Under the pieces are notes generated by a model. That model worked only from the letters and a program-made list of their open reading frames with translations, was not told the origin of the DNA and searched no databases. 48,383 nucleotides of DNA from IMG/VR virus record IMGVR_UViG_2671180501_000010; one strand, given 5' to 3'. The translations under genes were made by a program, and so were the position numbers. Below, piece by piece: positions 10,201 to 20,400 of the stretch; the stretch's first letter is position 1, and each line of letters opens with the position of its first letter. Origin of the DNA: a virus (Duplodnaviria > Heunggongvirae > Uroviricota > Caudoviricetes).

Positions 10201-13200
10201 TTAGCCACTTAACATTCCCCCATCACGTCGCATATTTAACAGATTGCCCTGCACCCGCTGATCAACCATCCCCATAAGTGCTTTTATTGCCTGAGGGCCA
10301 ATCTCTCCATTCTGGCCGTCATTTTGAATAGTGATTTGGTATACAGGGGCATAGGTAATATCTCCGCCTCCATTACCACTTTTACTATTAATAGCTCTGA
10401 CACCAAGAGAACCATCGGAAGTTCGTGTTAATGGCATAATGGCTTCCGGTCCAGCCTCACCAAAAACACCAGCCCCTTTTGCAAAAGCAAAAAATTGCGG
10501 GGAATCATAAATACCGTTCGAATACGTGCTCAATGACGGAGACTCATAAACACCGCCCTTTGCATTCGGAATAAATTTACTAATAGCACTCCCGATAGTT
10601 CCTAAAATCCCCCCAGAAGAACTGTTACTAATGCTGTCGAAAATCCCAGTAATTGAAGCCTTTAATGCTATTCGACTAAGATCCGAAATCACGGAAGTAG
10701 CGAAAGAACGAAAATTTGCCTTGCCTGTCGTGACAAAATCACCCAGCGCATCGGTCATCCCATCAAACATCTGAGTCGTGGTTGATTTTATCTGCTCACT
10801 GATATCCTTAGTGTCATCCAGCCAGTTATTGAATCCCTGGGAGGCACCACTAACCCAGTCTCCTGCCTGAATATCGAGCTGCTCGTTTTTCTGTCTGACA
10901 ATTTCTTTTTCCCGTTCCAGAGCATCATTCAGAGCCTGCATTTTCTCTTGAAAAACATGATCTGACATTCCACGGGATTTATCTGCATAGTCACGTTCAA
11001 GTTGCAGACGCTGATTGTTATATCCATGTTCAATCCGCAGTAATTCCTGCTGGCGTTGCTGATTTTTATCGCCAACCCCATAACCAGCAATCTGAATATC
11101 ATACCCCTGCTGACGATTATCAATCGAAGCCTGCAATGAATCACGCCATGCTGTTATTTCGGCGGATTCCTTGATTAGCCTGTTATTTTTTTCAATCGCA
11201 ACATTTTTCTCCATCAACGTGGTTATTTCTTCCCGGTGTAAGAGAAGCGATTTCTGATCCTGGGTTAATTTCGATGATGGTCGTGACTCTAGGTCGGCAA
11301 TCCGCTGACGCCACTTAACCAGTTCCTGTTCAGAGGAACTTAATTTAACGGTCAACTCAGCTTGTGAACTTAGTAACGCATTCTGTTGATTCAGATGATC
11401 AATCATTCGTTGGGCTGCATCATCAGAATAACCTTTCGCCTTTGGTTGCTTTGGATCTTTATAACGCTCATTTATTTGAGCGATAAGATTATTATATTCT
11501 TCCTTTGAATACTGATTCTTTAGCTTTTCCAGTTTTGCAAGTTCACTAGCTCTCTGCTGCTCCCGGGTCTGATATTGTTTTGAAAAGGCATCTGCTCTCT
11601 GTCTGAGTTCAATTCCTTCCTGTTGTCGCTTGTTGTAATCGTTTATTGATGAATTTAGTACGTCCTGAGCAATTTTTTCTGCTTGAAGTACGCCCAATTG
11701 CTGCTTTAATCGTGCCAGCCTTTTATTTTGAGCTCCGCCATCTCCAATGCCACCTAACCCGAAAACTCCGGGTCGGGTATTTTTTTCTATTTCATCAATT
11801 TGACGGAGAACATCTGAGATTTTTTGATCAAGGGAGGCCTCACGGCCAATATCCAGCATGGAATCCCATGCCCATTTTGCGGAGTCTGCGACAGCTTTCC
11901 ATGCAGTCTCAAGATAACCAAGATTTTCTTTAATCTGGTTGGTGCGCTGGATCATTGAGGATGAGTATTCTTCTGTCGCAATGCGGGCGGCCTCCTGCTG
12001 GTTCCCTTCATCCTGTAGCGCCTTAATCTGGTTATAAGTCGCAAGTGTCAGAAAATGGTACTGATCATTAAGTTTTGATATGGCACTGACAGGATCCTTT
12101 GCAATTTCATTGAAGTCATTAACCAGTTGTTCGGTTGATATTCCTGTTACTTCGCTCGTTTTTACTATCGCTGTCGTCACTTGCTCCAGCGAACTGCTCG
12201 CTACCTTTCCCGAACGCACAAGCTGATTTAATACTGCCGCCGCAGCACCAGTTGTCGAATCAGCCGCATTCCCGGCACGTTGAGCTATATCGCCCAATTG
12301 CCCGCTGGTTGTCCCCAACTGATTTCCGGTAAGAATAAGAGATTTATTAAATTCGTCCTGCTCCTGAGAGCCTTTATAGTAAGCCAGTCCTAAGACCCCA
12401 ACGGCTGCTGCGGCCAGGGTAAAAGGATTAATTAATCCCAGCACATAAGAACCTACACCTTTGATCGCCGGGCCAATCCCACCGAACATATCTTTTAGCT
12501 GGCCGCCCTGCTGCATTAACACCATAAATGGCGACTGACCAGTGGACAACCCAACAACAATATCCGTCATTTGTACAGGCAACATGCGCATAGCAAAAGC
12601 CGTTTGTTTTGCCGACATTCCGGTTTTGCTTAATTGTGATTGAGTAACCTCAAGCTCACTCCGCATAGCACGAAGTTTTCCAGAAAGCTCCTCATACATT
12701 TCAGGAGAAAGCATCCCCTTAGCTTTTGCTTCATTGAGCTGTTTCTGTTGTTCTACCAGACGATTAAAAGCAGTTCCGACAGGATCAAGTTGAGCAATCA
12801 GACGTTGCAAAGCAACAACCTGTTCATCATGCGCTTTTGCTGCTTCTCGCTCTGCCTGAGCCTCTCCGGTAAGCTCTCGCCGTGTTTCCTGTATTTTTCG
12901 GCTATAATTCTCAAACTGAGAACCATTTATTTTCCCGGATGCAAACGCAGCATTAAGTTCATCATGCTGTTGTTCAAGATTTCTTAGCGCCGCAGCCAGA
13001 GGGTCGATCTTGTCCAGCATTCTTTGAAAGGCCTGAGCCTGCGCTTCCTGCTGGGCGGCAGCAAGTTTTCCGGCCTTCTCGGCTTCTCTCTGCGCTTGCG
13101 CAACCCCGCTCAATTCCTCTGTGGTTTCATTAAGTTTACGGACAAGAAATTCATATTCTTCTTTATCAATAAGCCCTTTATCGAAAAATTTCTTTAATTC

Positions 13201-13434
13201 AGAATAGCGTCGACCGACAGTATCAATTGCGGCACCAACTGGATCAATAGCTGCTTTTAATTTTGCGAGCGCGTTCTTCTCATCTTCTGTTGCCTTAGTC
13301 ACTTTCCCTGCGCTATTTGCAGCAGTTTCCCCAGCCTGCGTCATTTTGACTAATGAGGAGGTCAGATTGTCAGCATTATTTTTCGCTCCAGTGCTATCAA
13401 TAATTATTGCGAGACGCGAGGTTTGCTCTGCCAT
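10201..13434 (-). CDS. Tail tape measure protein (gpH-like)
   Basis: 1077-aa ORF, coiled-coil-rich (Q/E/K/A-rich heptad-like stretches), hydrophobic/Gly-rich segment; AGGAG RBS before ATG at 13434; position between G/T and M. Confidence 0.85.
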   Translation of the reverse strand: MAEQTSRLAIIIDSTGAKNNADNLTSSLVKMTQAGETAANSAGKVTKATEDEKNALAKLKAAIDPVGAAIDTVGRRYSELKKFFDKGLIDKEEYEFLVRKLNETTEELSGVAQAQREAEKAGKLAAAQQEAQAQAFQRMLDKIDPLAAALRNLEQQHDELNAAFASGKINGSQFENYSRKIQETRRELTGEAQAEREAAKAHDEQVVALQRLIAQLDPVGTAFNRLVEQQKQLNEAKAKGMLSPEMYEELSGKLRAMRSELEVTQSQLSKTGMSAKQTAFAMRMLPVQMTDIVVGLSTGQSPFMVLMQQGGQLKDMFGGIGPAIKGVGSYVLGLINPFTLAAAAVGVLGLAYYKGSQEQDEFNKSLILTGNQLGTTSGQLGDIAQRAGNAADSTTGAAAAVLNQLVRSGKVASSSLEQVTTAIVKTSEVTGISTEQLVNDFNEIAKDPVSAISKLNDQYHFLTLATYNQIKALQDEGNQQEAARIATEEYSSSMIQRTNQIKENLGYLETAWKAVADSAKWAWDSMLDIGREASLDQKISDVLRQIDEIEKNTRPGVFGLGGIGDGGAQNKRLARLKQQLGVLQAEKIAQDVLNSSINDYNKRQQEGIELRQRADAFSKQYQTREQQRASELAKLEKLKNQYSKEEYNNLIAQINERYKDPKQPKAKGYSDDAAQRMIDHLNQQNALLSSQAELTVKLSSSEQELVKWRQRIADLESRPSSKLTQDQKSLLLHREEITTLMEKNVAIEKNNRLIKESAEITAWRDSLQASIDNRQQGYDIQIAGYGVGDKNQQRQQELLRIEHGYNNQRLQLERDYADKSRGMSDHVFQEKMQALNDALEREKEIVRQKNEQLDIQAGDWVSGASQGFNNWLDDTKDISEQIKSTTTQMFDGMTDALGDFVTTGKANFRSFATSVISDLSRIALKASITGIFDSISNSSSGGILGTIGSAISKFIPNAKGGVYESPSLSTYSNGIYDSPQFFAFAKGAGVFGEAGPEAIMPLTRTSDGSLGVRAINSKSGNGGGDITYAPVYQITIQNDGQNGEIGPQAIKALMGMVDQRVQGNLLNMRRDGGMLSG

Positions 13435-13599
13435 TTATTAAAACTCCTGACAACAAAAAACCCACCGCGAAGTGGGTTTCAGGCGACATAATAGTAGATA
13501 TAGCGATTACGAGGCCACGCAATGCTTTTCTCCAGGAGCATCATCGATTTAATTAAAGACACCATCACATCTCTGTAACAGAGTGTACGTAATTAACAA

Positions 13600-13920
13600 C
13601 TACACACACTGCTCCTGAAAATACTGGTCATCCAGTGCAAAGATCACTGCTTCAAATTCATCGCGCTCAATCAATACCGGATGAGTGGCTAAATATTCAT
13701 TTATCTCTGTCAGAGATAAAGGCAAAGGCACCCCAGCCATTCCAGCATAACGTCGGGCACGGGATATTACCGAATAGGCGTACAACAACTCCTTAAGCAC
13801 CGGGTCTATTTCTGGTTCCGGTATCGGTGGCAACCTGAGTTTTTCTCGCTTCCATCTTGCCTTTTCCCCCCTTTCTCCCCCGAACTCCGATAACCACCGC
13901 TGGGCAGCTATGGCTTTTTT
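13600..13920 (-). CDS. GT: T extension of the G-T tail assembly chaperone, reached by programmed -1 frameshift from G
   Basis: Slippery heptamer A_AAA_AAG (minus strand, plus coordinates 13914-13920) at the end of G; the -1 frame is open from there to 13600 (…KKAIAAQRWLSEFGGERGEKARWKREKLRLPPIPEPEIDPV…). Confidence 0.65.
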   Translation of the reverse strand, partial: KKAIAAQRWLSEFGGERGEKARWKREKLRLPPIPEPEIDPVLKELLYAYSVISRARRYAGMAGVPLPLSLTEINEYLATHPVLIERDEFEAVIFALDDQYFQEQCV

Positions 13921-14357
13921 ATCGTATCCTGCTTCTGCTGCTCTTTACCCTGGGCGATGCTGGCTGCTTCTGCAAGGATCTGCCAGTACAACTCTGGATT
14001 CTGCTTAAGCAGCGCGATCCCTCGTTCTGCCGTATATTCCAGTGCAACCTCAACACCATTAACCAGTTCACCAACCCCTTTCCAGTCTTTCAGCAGATAA
14101 CGAGCGGCATTATCAATGAGTAAATCATCAACAGAATCCACCTCGGAAACCTTTGAAATATCAAACTCCTTCGTTCCGACGTGCAAACTGGCATCCATTT
14201 TCTCAATGTGGCGACGGATTAATGCATTACGGGAGCGATACTGATCGTTATCGCTGCTTGCCACCAACAGTTTTAACCCGTCTACAGGTTTTAAGTCCTT
14301 CATTGGCGTAAACCAGCGTTCTCCACCAATGATAATTTTCTGATTAAGAATAAACAT
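13908..14357 (-). CDS. G: Tail assembly chaperone G
   Basis: ORF 13908-14369; GAGG RBS favours ATG at 14357; ends …QDTIKKP with an A_AAA_AAG heptamer just before the stop. Confidence 0.7.
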   Translation of the reverse strand: MFILNQKIIIGGERWFTPMKDLKPVDGLKLLVASSDNDQYRSRNALIRRHIEKMDASLHVGTKEFDISKVSEVDSVDDLLIDNAARYLLKDWKGVGELVNGVEVALEYTAERGIALLKQNPELYWQILAEAASIAQGKEQQKQDTIKKP

Positions 14358-14417
14358 CCATAACCTCATTCAATGCGTCCCCCTGTAGGGCAGTACCACA
14401 GGAGGAATAACGGAAAA

Positions 14418-15380
14418 TCAACTAATCGCCTCAGCACTGGCTTTTGCGATCACGGCAGCCGGGGAATTTTTTTTTCTGGTTATCGTAGGTGCTTCATCTG
14501 CTGCGGTAATGCTCAATTGAACCTGGATAATGTCGCTATTACCCCCATCAGGCCATTCACCTGACACCTGAACCTTCGGGAAACTGAAAGTGTATGCCCC
14601 CTCTCCATTCGAAAGCGTGAAGCTGAACGGAACTGTTTCTCCAGTCAGTGTTTTACTCCAGATTTCCCACGCGGCTTTAGACCATGAAAGCGTCACCGTA
14701 CCGGACGGTGTAAAAGTAGTCGGAATATTTGCTCCTGCATAAGGCGAGCCAGTCCCGATACAACGCTGTGTCTGGAGTTTGTTATCGAACTGAATATCAA
14801 AACTGTCGATACAAAAACCGTTACCTCCGGCAACACCATTCAGGCTTACTGCTGAAACCTCCTTAAACGAATAACGTAGCTTTCCTGCACTATCCACAGG
14901 TTCGCCTTTGATAAAATTCGTATCATCGGCCTTTGATTCCCAGTCCAGTCCGGCAAAGGTTACGGTCGCTGTAATATCGCCGTCGTTAGGGATCTGCATT
15001 TTCCATGAGCCAACCTGCGCTCCTCTGACGACAGAGGCAATTCCGACATCGGACGCATAGGTCGCCAGAGAAAATGTTATTCGCTCATTCCCCATTGTCA
15101 GAGAATCGCCTGACCATTCCGCGCCGAAACAGGATGCAAGAAAATCATCATGTTGACCCCAGCGAAATTTGGTACCAACATCACCGCCGACATCCACAGT
15201 GCCAGGCGTCGCCCCCTGAGCCATCCGGGAGCCACCAATCTCATTATTTTCGCCTTTATTCTGGGTGGGTTTTACTCCCCAGCTTGTGCGTTTTAATAAA
15301 CTCCAGTCACCACTTGCTGGCGTAGTGCCTGCAACCGTCTCCCGGATAAATGCCGAGATAACCTTTGCACCTGAACTCAC
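14418..15380 (-). CDS. Major tail (tube) protein, not lambda-V-like
   Basis: 320-aa ORF immediately upstream of G; GTG start at 15380 preceded by GGAGG; assignment from conserved gene order (terminator-tube-chaperone-tape measure). Confidence 0.55.
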   Translation of the reverse strand: MSSGAKVISAFIRETVAGTTPASGDWSLLKRTSWGVKPTQNKGENNEIGGSRMAQGATPGTVDVGGDVGTKFRWGQHDDFLASCFGAEWSGDSLTMGNERITFSLATYASDVGIASVVRGAQVGSWKMQIPNDGDITATVTFAGLDWESKADDTNFIKGEPVDSAGKLRYSFKEVSAVSLNGVAGGNGFCIDSFDIQFDNKLQTQRCIGTGSPYAGANIPTTFTPSGTVTLSWSKAAWEIWSKTLTGETVPFSFTLSNGEGAYTFSFPKVQVSGEWPDGGNSDIIQVQLSITAADEAPTITRKKNSPAAVIAKASAEAIS

Positions 15381-15406
15381 AGGAGCCTCCTATGTCATTA
15401 ATTGCG

Positions 15407-15799
15407 CTAGAGCGCGCGATATGGAATTTGAAGATTAAGCTGGAACCAGCCATTCTTTTCGCCAACGGCTATTGAGGAAACAGCCTGGTAACTGAGACGA
15501 TCGTCATCCTGAAACTCAAACAGTTCCCGCAATTTATCGGCTGTCTCAGTAATGAGTTTTGAACCAGAACCTGCGGGGACAAATAACTGAATAATGATTA
15601 TCCCCGTGCGATAAACAACCGGCCCCGCGCCAATTTCATTAACTCCAGCCTGCCCGGGAATATTACTTAACCGCGCCCAGATTAACTTACCGGAAGGATC
15701 GAACGTTGGCCCGTTCGGATACAATACGTCTTTTCCATCAATAATCGTCTGTGCCGTCATTCTGGAAATAACCGTATTTCTGATTTCAGTAAACTTCAT
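15407..15799 (-). CDS. Putative tail terminator / tail completion protein
   Basis: 130-aa ORF between the gp10-like gene and the major tail gene; call by position only. Confidence 0.4.
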   Translation of the reverse strand: MKFTEIRNTVISRMTAQTIIDGKDVLYPNGPTFDPSGKLIWARLSNIPGQAGVNEIGAGPVVYRTGIIIIQLFVPAGSGSKLITETADKLRELFEFQDDDRLSYQAVSSIAVGEKNGWFQLNLQIPYRAL

Positions 15800-16176
15800 T
15801 TGTAAGCCTGTAAAACACCATGAAAAGCGTTGGCATACACGCCAGTTGGCGCTTGTTGTGAATGACCGTTTTCAAGAGCCTCTGCATAAGGAAGGTTATT
15901 CTGGATATAAATAACCCCGTAATTTGCAGCTTTCGAAATAACCCCGATCCCACGCTGAACAGCAATCGTACCGTTCGGATCCACGTTATCAGATATACCA
16001 AAATCGGGATGCTGTAACGACACCAGGTTGTTATTTCTGAAACGTCCGGTATCAACCGGAGCAGCAATATCAATAGCAGTAAGAATCTGCATAGCGATGT
16101 AGCGAATCTTCAGCCCTACATCTTCCTCAATCATCCCGGCAAATATTGACGGTTCTATATCCCATGCCTTTGCCAT
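15796..16176 (-). CDS. Head-tail adaptor, HK97 gp10-like family
   Basis: 126-aa ORF with a DTGRFRNN motif resembling the HK97 gp10 family; 4-nt overlap with neighbours. Confidence 0.45.
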   Translation of the reverse strand: MAKAWDIEPSIFAGMIEEDVGLKIRYIAMQILTAIDIAAPVDTGRFRNNNLVSLQHPDFGISDNVDPNGTIAVQRGIGVISKAANYGVIYIQNNLPYAEALENGHSQQAPTGVYANAFHGVLQAYK

Positions 16177-16560
16177 TTACGCTCTCCTTAACTGGATAGA
16201 GTAAACTGATGCGGAAGGATCTACACTTGCTGTAATTACCTCGTATCGTTGTAACTGCCTTGATACAGGATCATAAATCTCAATAATATGGTCGACAGCT
16301 GGTTTATCCGTAACCTCGCATACCAGAGCGGTTAATTTAAGGTCACCATGCAAAATATTAATCCCATCAATTCTGCCCAGCTTATAACGTGTCAACACGC
16401 CTCGCCCGGTATAGATTGCGGTTGATTCGCCGCCAGTTTCCGTCACAGGATCCCAGTGCCGGTGCGTAACGTAAGAACCAGAAAAATCACTCACGGCGTC
16501 CGCTAAATCCTCATCAAAAGCAGCGGCAACCTCTGACTGAATCTCTTCACGAAGCCCCAT
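16177..16560 (-). CDS. Putative head closure / head-tail joining protein
   Basis: 127-aa ORF, translationally coupled to neighbours; call by position. Confidence 0.4.
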   Translation of the reverse strand: MGLREEIQSEVAAAFDEDLADAVSDFSGSYVTHRHWDPVTETGGESTAIYTGRGVLTRYKLGRIDGINILHGDLKLTALVCEVTDKPAVDHIIEIYDPVSRQLQRYEVITASVDPSASVYSIQLRRA

Positions 16561-16955
16561 TATCCCCCCCTCACAACCCTGACTTGTGAGCGACTAAGTC
16601 CGTACGGTTTCAGCAGTGCTATCGCAAGCTGTAAATCGGGTTCAAGCAATGCAGTGCTGTTTGCTGGCAACTCAGAAAATGATTTCGATACACTGACCCC
16701 GTCAGCCGACACGGCTTTACTGATAACAACGCCAGAATCATTTTTCTGCTGAAACAACTTACCGAATGAGGCAATTCTGGCTGCATATGCTCCCGCAAGT
16801 TTTACCTCTTCCGGAATACGGGATGGGTTAATTTTCAGGTTGAAGCCATTAAGCCAGGCATTAGCCATTAAAACAGCTTTATTTTTAGCGTTCTCACTCG
16901 TCCAGGCGTTCCCAAACGCATTATCAACGTCATCACAGGTCACGTAAGTGATCAT
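16560..16955 (-). CDS. Putative head-tail connector protein
   Basis: 131-aa ORF; position downstream of capsid gene. Confidence 0.4.
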   Translation of the reverse strand: MITYVTCDDVDNAFGNAWTSENAKNKAVLMANAWLNGFNLKINPSRIPEEVKLAGAYAARIASFGKLFQQKNDSGVVISKAVSADGVSVSKSFSELPANSTALLEPDLQLAIALLKPYGLSRSQVRVVRGG

Positions 16956-16958
16956 GTG

Positions 16959-17135
16959 TTACTCCTGAGTTTTCCAGCCCATAGCCTTCCAGTTGTCAAC
17001 TTCATCAGGATGAACATTAGCGATAGTTGGTGCGCCGGGAAACATCTGATAATCGGTCACCATAACCACTAACTCAATTTGCGTTTTTTGTGCGGCTTCA
17101 CGCTGTGCTCTTTGCTCTTTAGTTAATCCGGCCAT
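16959..17135 (-). CDS. Small hypothetical protein (58 aa), not in the ORF track
   Basis: ATG at 17135 preceded by a G-rich SD; MAGLTKEQRAQREAAQKTQIELVVMV…WKTQE; stop 3 nt before the ATG of the next gene, suggesting translational coupling. Confidence 0.35.
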   Translation of the reverse strand: MAGLTKEQRAQREAAQKTQIELVVMVTDYQMFPGAPTIANVHPDEVDNWKAMGWKTQE

Positions 17136-17143
17136 ATGCCCCC

Positions 17144-17170
17144 CATTAAAAATGGGGCCGAAGCCCCGTT
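17144..17170 (-). terminator. Terminator-like hairpin downstream of the major capsid gene
   Basis: GGGGC-cgaa-GCCCC stem-loop (17154-17167) followed on the minus strand by ATTTTTA. Confidence 0.4.
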
Positions 17171-17177
17171 TGAATGT

Positions 17178-18317
17178 TTAACCAAGAATCAGACAACCAT
17201 GTGCCGGCTTCACTGATGAAACACCCCATGCCAGTCCAACTTCATAGCGCACCTGGCGATACTGACGATACAGTGCAATCTGGAACGTAATCCCTGAAAT
17301 CGGGTCCGTAACATTCATTACATCATCAGCATTATCGCCACCTTCCGGCATTGCCGGAGTACGGGATGCCAGCAGAAACGCGTTGCGATCAAACGCCATA
17401 TTTGCAGTAAAGGCCCCAACAACTGTGATGGCAGTATCATCGGCCAGATCCTGACGCAGTCCGGGCGCTGCAAGAGTAATCAGATTGCTGGTCGCTGCTG
17501 CCACAACATACTGATTCGGATCACCAGCGAACGTAACAATCTGACCTGCAGAAATACTCCCCGAACCAGTATCAATGGAAATAAGAACATCGCCTTCTTT
17601 TTTCTCTCCATTCACGAGATAACCAGTTGCAGCAACCTTTGGCGCTCGTTTCACACCTGCCGAACTGTGAATATTGAATCCCTCCAGACGCCCCAACACG
17701 CCCTCACGCAGTAGCTGTTCAGTGCCGGATTCATTCACTTTAAACAATACAGACTGTTTTCCGCGCAAATTAGCAATGGCAGTGGAGCCAAGCACCATCT
17801 GCAGATCGGTTGTCGGTGCGCCGTTATCCTCCAGAACCTGACGAGCCAGAGCAGCATCAGAAAGATCATCTTTAACACCAAACGGCGTTGTCCCTGCGGT
17901 TCCCACGGCGCGGGAAGCACCGAAATACAACGCACCAAGATCAGCCTCAACCTCGTTTGCAAGGGCGCGAAAAGCCTGCTTGAACTGATCAGCCAGAATG
18001 GTGTTGTAAGTCCCTGAAGGGCCAAGAGCCAGTTGTTCTTCACCATTCCATTTAACCGGTGCCATTTTGGATTTAGTAATTTTTACATCAACAGTGCCAA
18101 TATTTTGATCACCGGTATTCGGAGCTGACGGCCCCGGTACGATATCTTCGGTTTTCGCCTCAGGCGCAACTGGCGCGGTTACCGTCTGATCTTTTGCTGC
18201 GGCGTCAGCTTTTGCGTTTTTTGCTACCGCAGGGATAAAACCTACCTGCTCACGGGATACAACATCCAGGGCGGTATAAATAGTCGGGATCAACCCGGTC
18301 AGGGTATTTCCAGCCAT
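17178..18317 (-). CDS. Major capsid protein
   Basis: ORF 17178-18410; ATG at 18317 (MAGNTLTGLIP…) has an AGGA RBS; about 380 aa; position after the scaffold gene; terminator immediately downstream. Confidence 0.6.
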   Translation of the reverse strand: MAGNTLTGLIPTIYTALDVVSREQVGFIPAVAKNAKADAAAKDQTVTAPVAPEAKTEDIVPGPSAPNTGDQNIGTVDVKITKSKMAPVKWNGEEQLALGPSGTYNTILADQFKQAFRALANEVEADLGALYFGASRAVGTAGTTPFGVKDDLSDAALARQVLEDNGAPTTDLQMVLGSTAIANLRGKQSVLFKVNESGTEQLLREGVLGRLEGFNIHSSAGVKRAPKVAATGYLVNGEKKEGDVLISIDTGSGSISAGQIVTFAGDPNQYVVAAATSNLITLAAPGLRQDLADDTAITVVGAFTANMAFDRNAFLLASRTPAMPEGGDNADDVMNVTDPISGITFQIALYRQYRQVRYEVGLAWGVSSVKPAHGCLILG

Positions 18318-18415
18318 AATTAAATATTCCTTAAAAATTTGCGTAATTGTGAATAGATGGAGTAATGAGCTATCCAGCCCTGACACCAGCTCCCATCCGG
18401 AAGCTGACAAATGTG

Positions 18416-19180
18416 TTAATCAACGATTGTGATACCGTCTTTCAATGCGTTTTGCTTACCTGCAACATCCAGTGCATCAAAAGCAGAGCGTTTCATCGTT
18501 TTCTGACCAATATCATGCTGTGTCGGACGGGAGCCGCCGCCATTGTTGCCACTGGCTTTCAGGATGTAGTCTTTCTGAGGGTAATTTTCGACAAGGAACT
18601 CCAGCGCCTCATCAAACTGCGCCAGTTCGCCAGGCTTCGCGCGGGAATAAATTTTGTTGCCGGAAGCGTCATAAGCAACGATCCTCCCTTCTTCCACTTT
18701 GAATGCCTGCCCGAAGCGGGCTTGTAATAAATCTGCCGGGATCGCAATTTTATCGGCAATATATTTTGAACCCGCAAAACTACCGCCAATCATAGAATCG
18801 TAAAGCTGCTTCTCCAGCATCTGAGAGCGTTGCTTTTCTTCATCTAATTGCTGCTGAAAATTTTTCGTAATTTCTGCCTTAACCTGGTCAACCTGTCCCG
18901 CATCGAGCAGCTTTTTCTGGTCGATTTTTGACAGCATTTCCAGTGCCTCGATCGCCTTCTTCGGGTCTTCGATAGCGGCAAACTTAGCCAGTTTTTCCTC
19001 TGCAGCTTCTTTAGCCAGGCGATGATTTTTTGCCTCGCCATTAAGCTCTGTAATTTTTTTTGTCGCCAGCGGTGCATCGAAGCCAATTTCTTTACCATCG
19101 TCGTGCACATAAACTGGCAGGCCAGCAGTATCAATTTCTGCGTATTGTTTTCCGTTAATCTCGACCGTTTTCAGTTTCAT
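18416..19180 (-). CDS. Putative scaffolding protein
   Basis: Acidic, coiled-coil-rich protein (EEKQRSQMLEKQLYD…) between Mu F-like gene and capsid; likely start MKLKTVEINGKQ at 19180. Confidence 0.5.
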   Translation of the reverse strand: MKLKTVEINGKQYAEIDTAGLPVYVHDDGKEIGFDAPLATKKITELNGEAKNHRLAKEAAEEKLAKFAAIEDPKKAIEALEMLSKIDQKKLLDAGQVDQVKAEITKNFQQQLDEEKQRSQMLEKQLYDSMIGGSFAGSKYIADKIAIPADLLQARFGQAFKVEEGRIVAYDASGNKIYSRAKPGELAQFDEALEFLVENYPQKDYILKASGNNGGGSRPTQHDIGQKTMKRSAFDALDVAGKQNALKDGITIVD

Positions 19181-19284
19181 ATTAGTACCTGGTTTAAGTC
19201 TTCCGACAGTTACGCTGCTCACCATCCGGATCGCAGCAATAAAAAAGGCCACCCGAAGGTAGCCTGTTGTAATAAATGATTTAT

Positions 19285-20400
19285 TTAAATCCCTGCTTTT
19301 CTGAATACCTGTGCATCACGCTCACGGAGCTGCTTCAGCGTCAGCCATTCGCCTTTATCGGTGTAAAATTCATCTGGCGACATACCACCATCCCGAATCA
19401 GCTTTGCTCGGCTTTCCCCCACAATCTGTTTTTGTCTGGTGTAAGGCTGACGCAAAAACCATTCCCTGTAGGTTGTATCTCCGGCCACCACGCCATCCAT
19501 GCTGGCCCGCTCAGCCGGGGAAATATCGCGAACATCAATACCCAGTTCCTTCGCTGATTTCAGAATGAACGTTTCCGTTGAGCGGCAGCAGAAATGAATT
19601 TTTCCCGGCCCCTGCAAATAAGGCACGCTGTGACCTACAGGTTTATTATTCAGCGTATATTTGAGGCGATCCCTGATTCGACATTGTGGCGTAGTACGAT
19701 TATCAAGCGTTGATAACCATTGCTTACCCTTAATCAAATCATTATTCGCGCTGGCAAAACTCTCACGGGCAGTAGCAGCAAGATGTCCAACCGCTGTTTT
19801 TGCAATGCTGGCCGCATTAGCCCGGCTCATCTGCAATGCACCATCCTGAAATCCCTTACTGACATGTCCCCGAATTTTTCTTGCGATCTGCTCATTGGTA
19901 TCCCCCAGCAAAAAACCCTGACGCACTGTATTTGTTATGCGTCTGAGCCGATCCGCCTCAAGATCTGAGGCCCACTCACTGAGCAGTCGTCCCTGGAATG
20001 GTCGCGCCATTGCAGCGGCATAAAGTGCATCAGGAGAGATACCAACCAGAGGGTGAACATCAGCAACAAAATCAGGTAGCATAGAATCAAACAGACTTAA
20101 CTGATAACCAGCCTCATAAATTGCCAGCTCGTTCAGCTCTCCGGAGAGACTGGTAAACATGCTGTTAATAGCAGTGCGGTTAACCTCTCTGACGCTCGCC
20201 AGAAGTGACTCCAGGCGCTTAACGGTAAAACTACCTGGATCGAGGCTGTCCAGTGCTATCAGCAGGCGAGCAGTAAGTTCCGCATCGCTGTCATTCAGTA
20301 TTTTCACCATTCTGGCAGCCACGCCAGTGCTATAGCGGGATATCCAGACTGCATGAGCAATTGATTCATCACGCAGCCGTTCATTCACGGTTTGCATCAT
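19285..20400 (-). CDS. Head morphogenesis protein (phage Mu F-like / minor capsid)
   Basis: 371-aa ORF directly downstream of the portal gene with overlapping stop/start; family call from gene order and recalled Mu F-like features. Confidence 0.5.
   Translation of the reverse strand: MMQTVNERLRDESIAHAVWISRYSTGVAARMVKILNDSDAELTARLLIALDSLDPGSFTVKRLESLLASVREVNRTAINSMFTSLSGELNELAIYEAGYQLSLFDSMLPDFVADVHPLVGISPDALYAAAMARPFQGRLLSEWASDLEADRLRRITNTVRQGFLLGDTNEQIARKIRGHVSKGFQDGALQMSRANAASIAKTAVGHLAATARESFASANNDLIKGKQWLSTLDNRTTPQCRIRDRLKYTLNNKPVGHSVPYLQGPGKIHFCCRSTETFILKSAKELGIDVRDISPAERASMDGVVAGDTTYREWFLRQPYTRQKQIVGESRAKLIRDGGMSPDEFYTDKGEWLTLKQLRERDAQVFRKAGI

Noticed and set aside
10929-12987. Antisense and alternative-frame ORFs inside the tape measure gene (for example 10929-11144, 11646-11933, 12135-12332, 12640-12987)
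   Set aside because: Wholly contained in the 1077-aa tape measure ORF, whose coiled-coil translation and position are convincing; no independent start signals.
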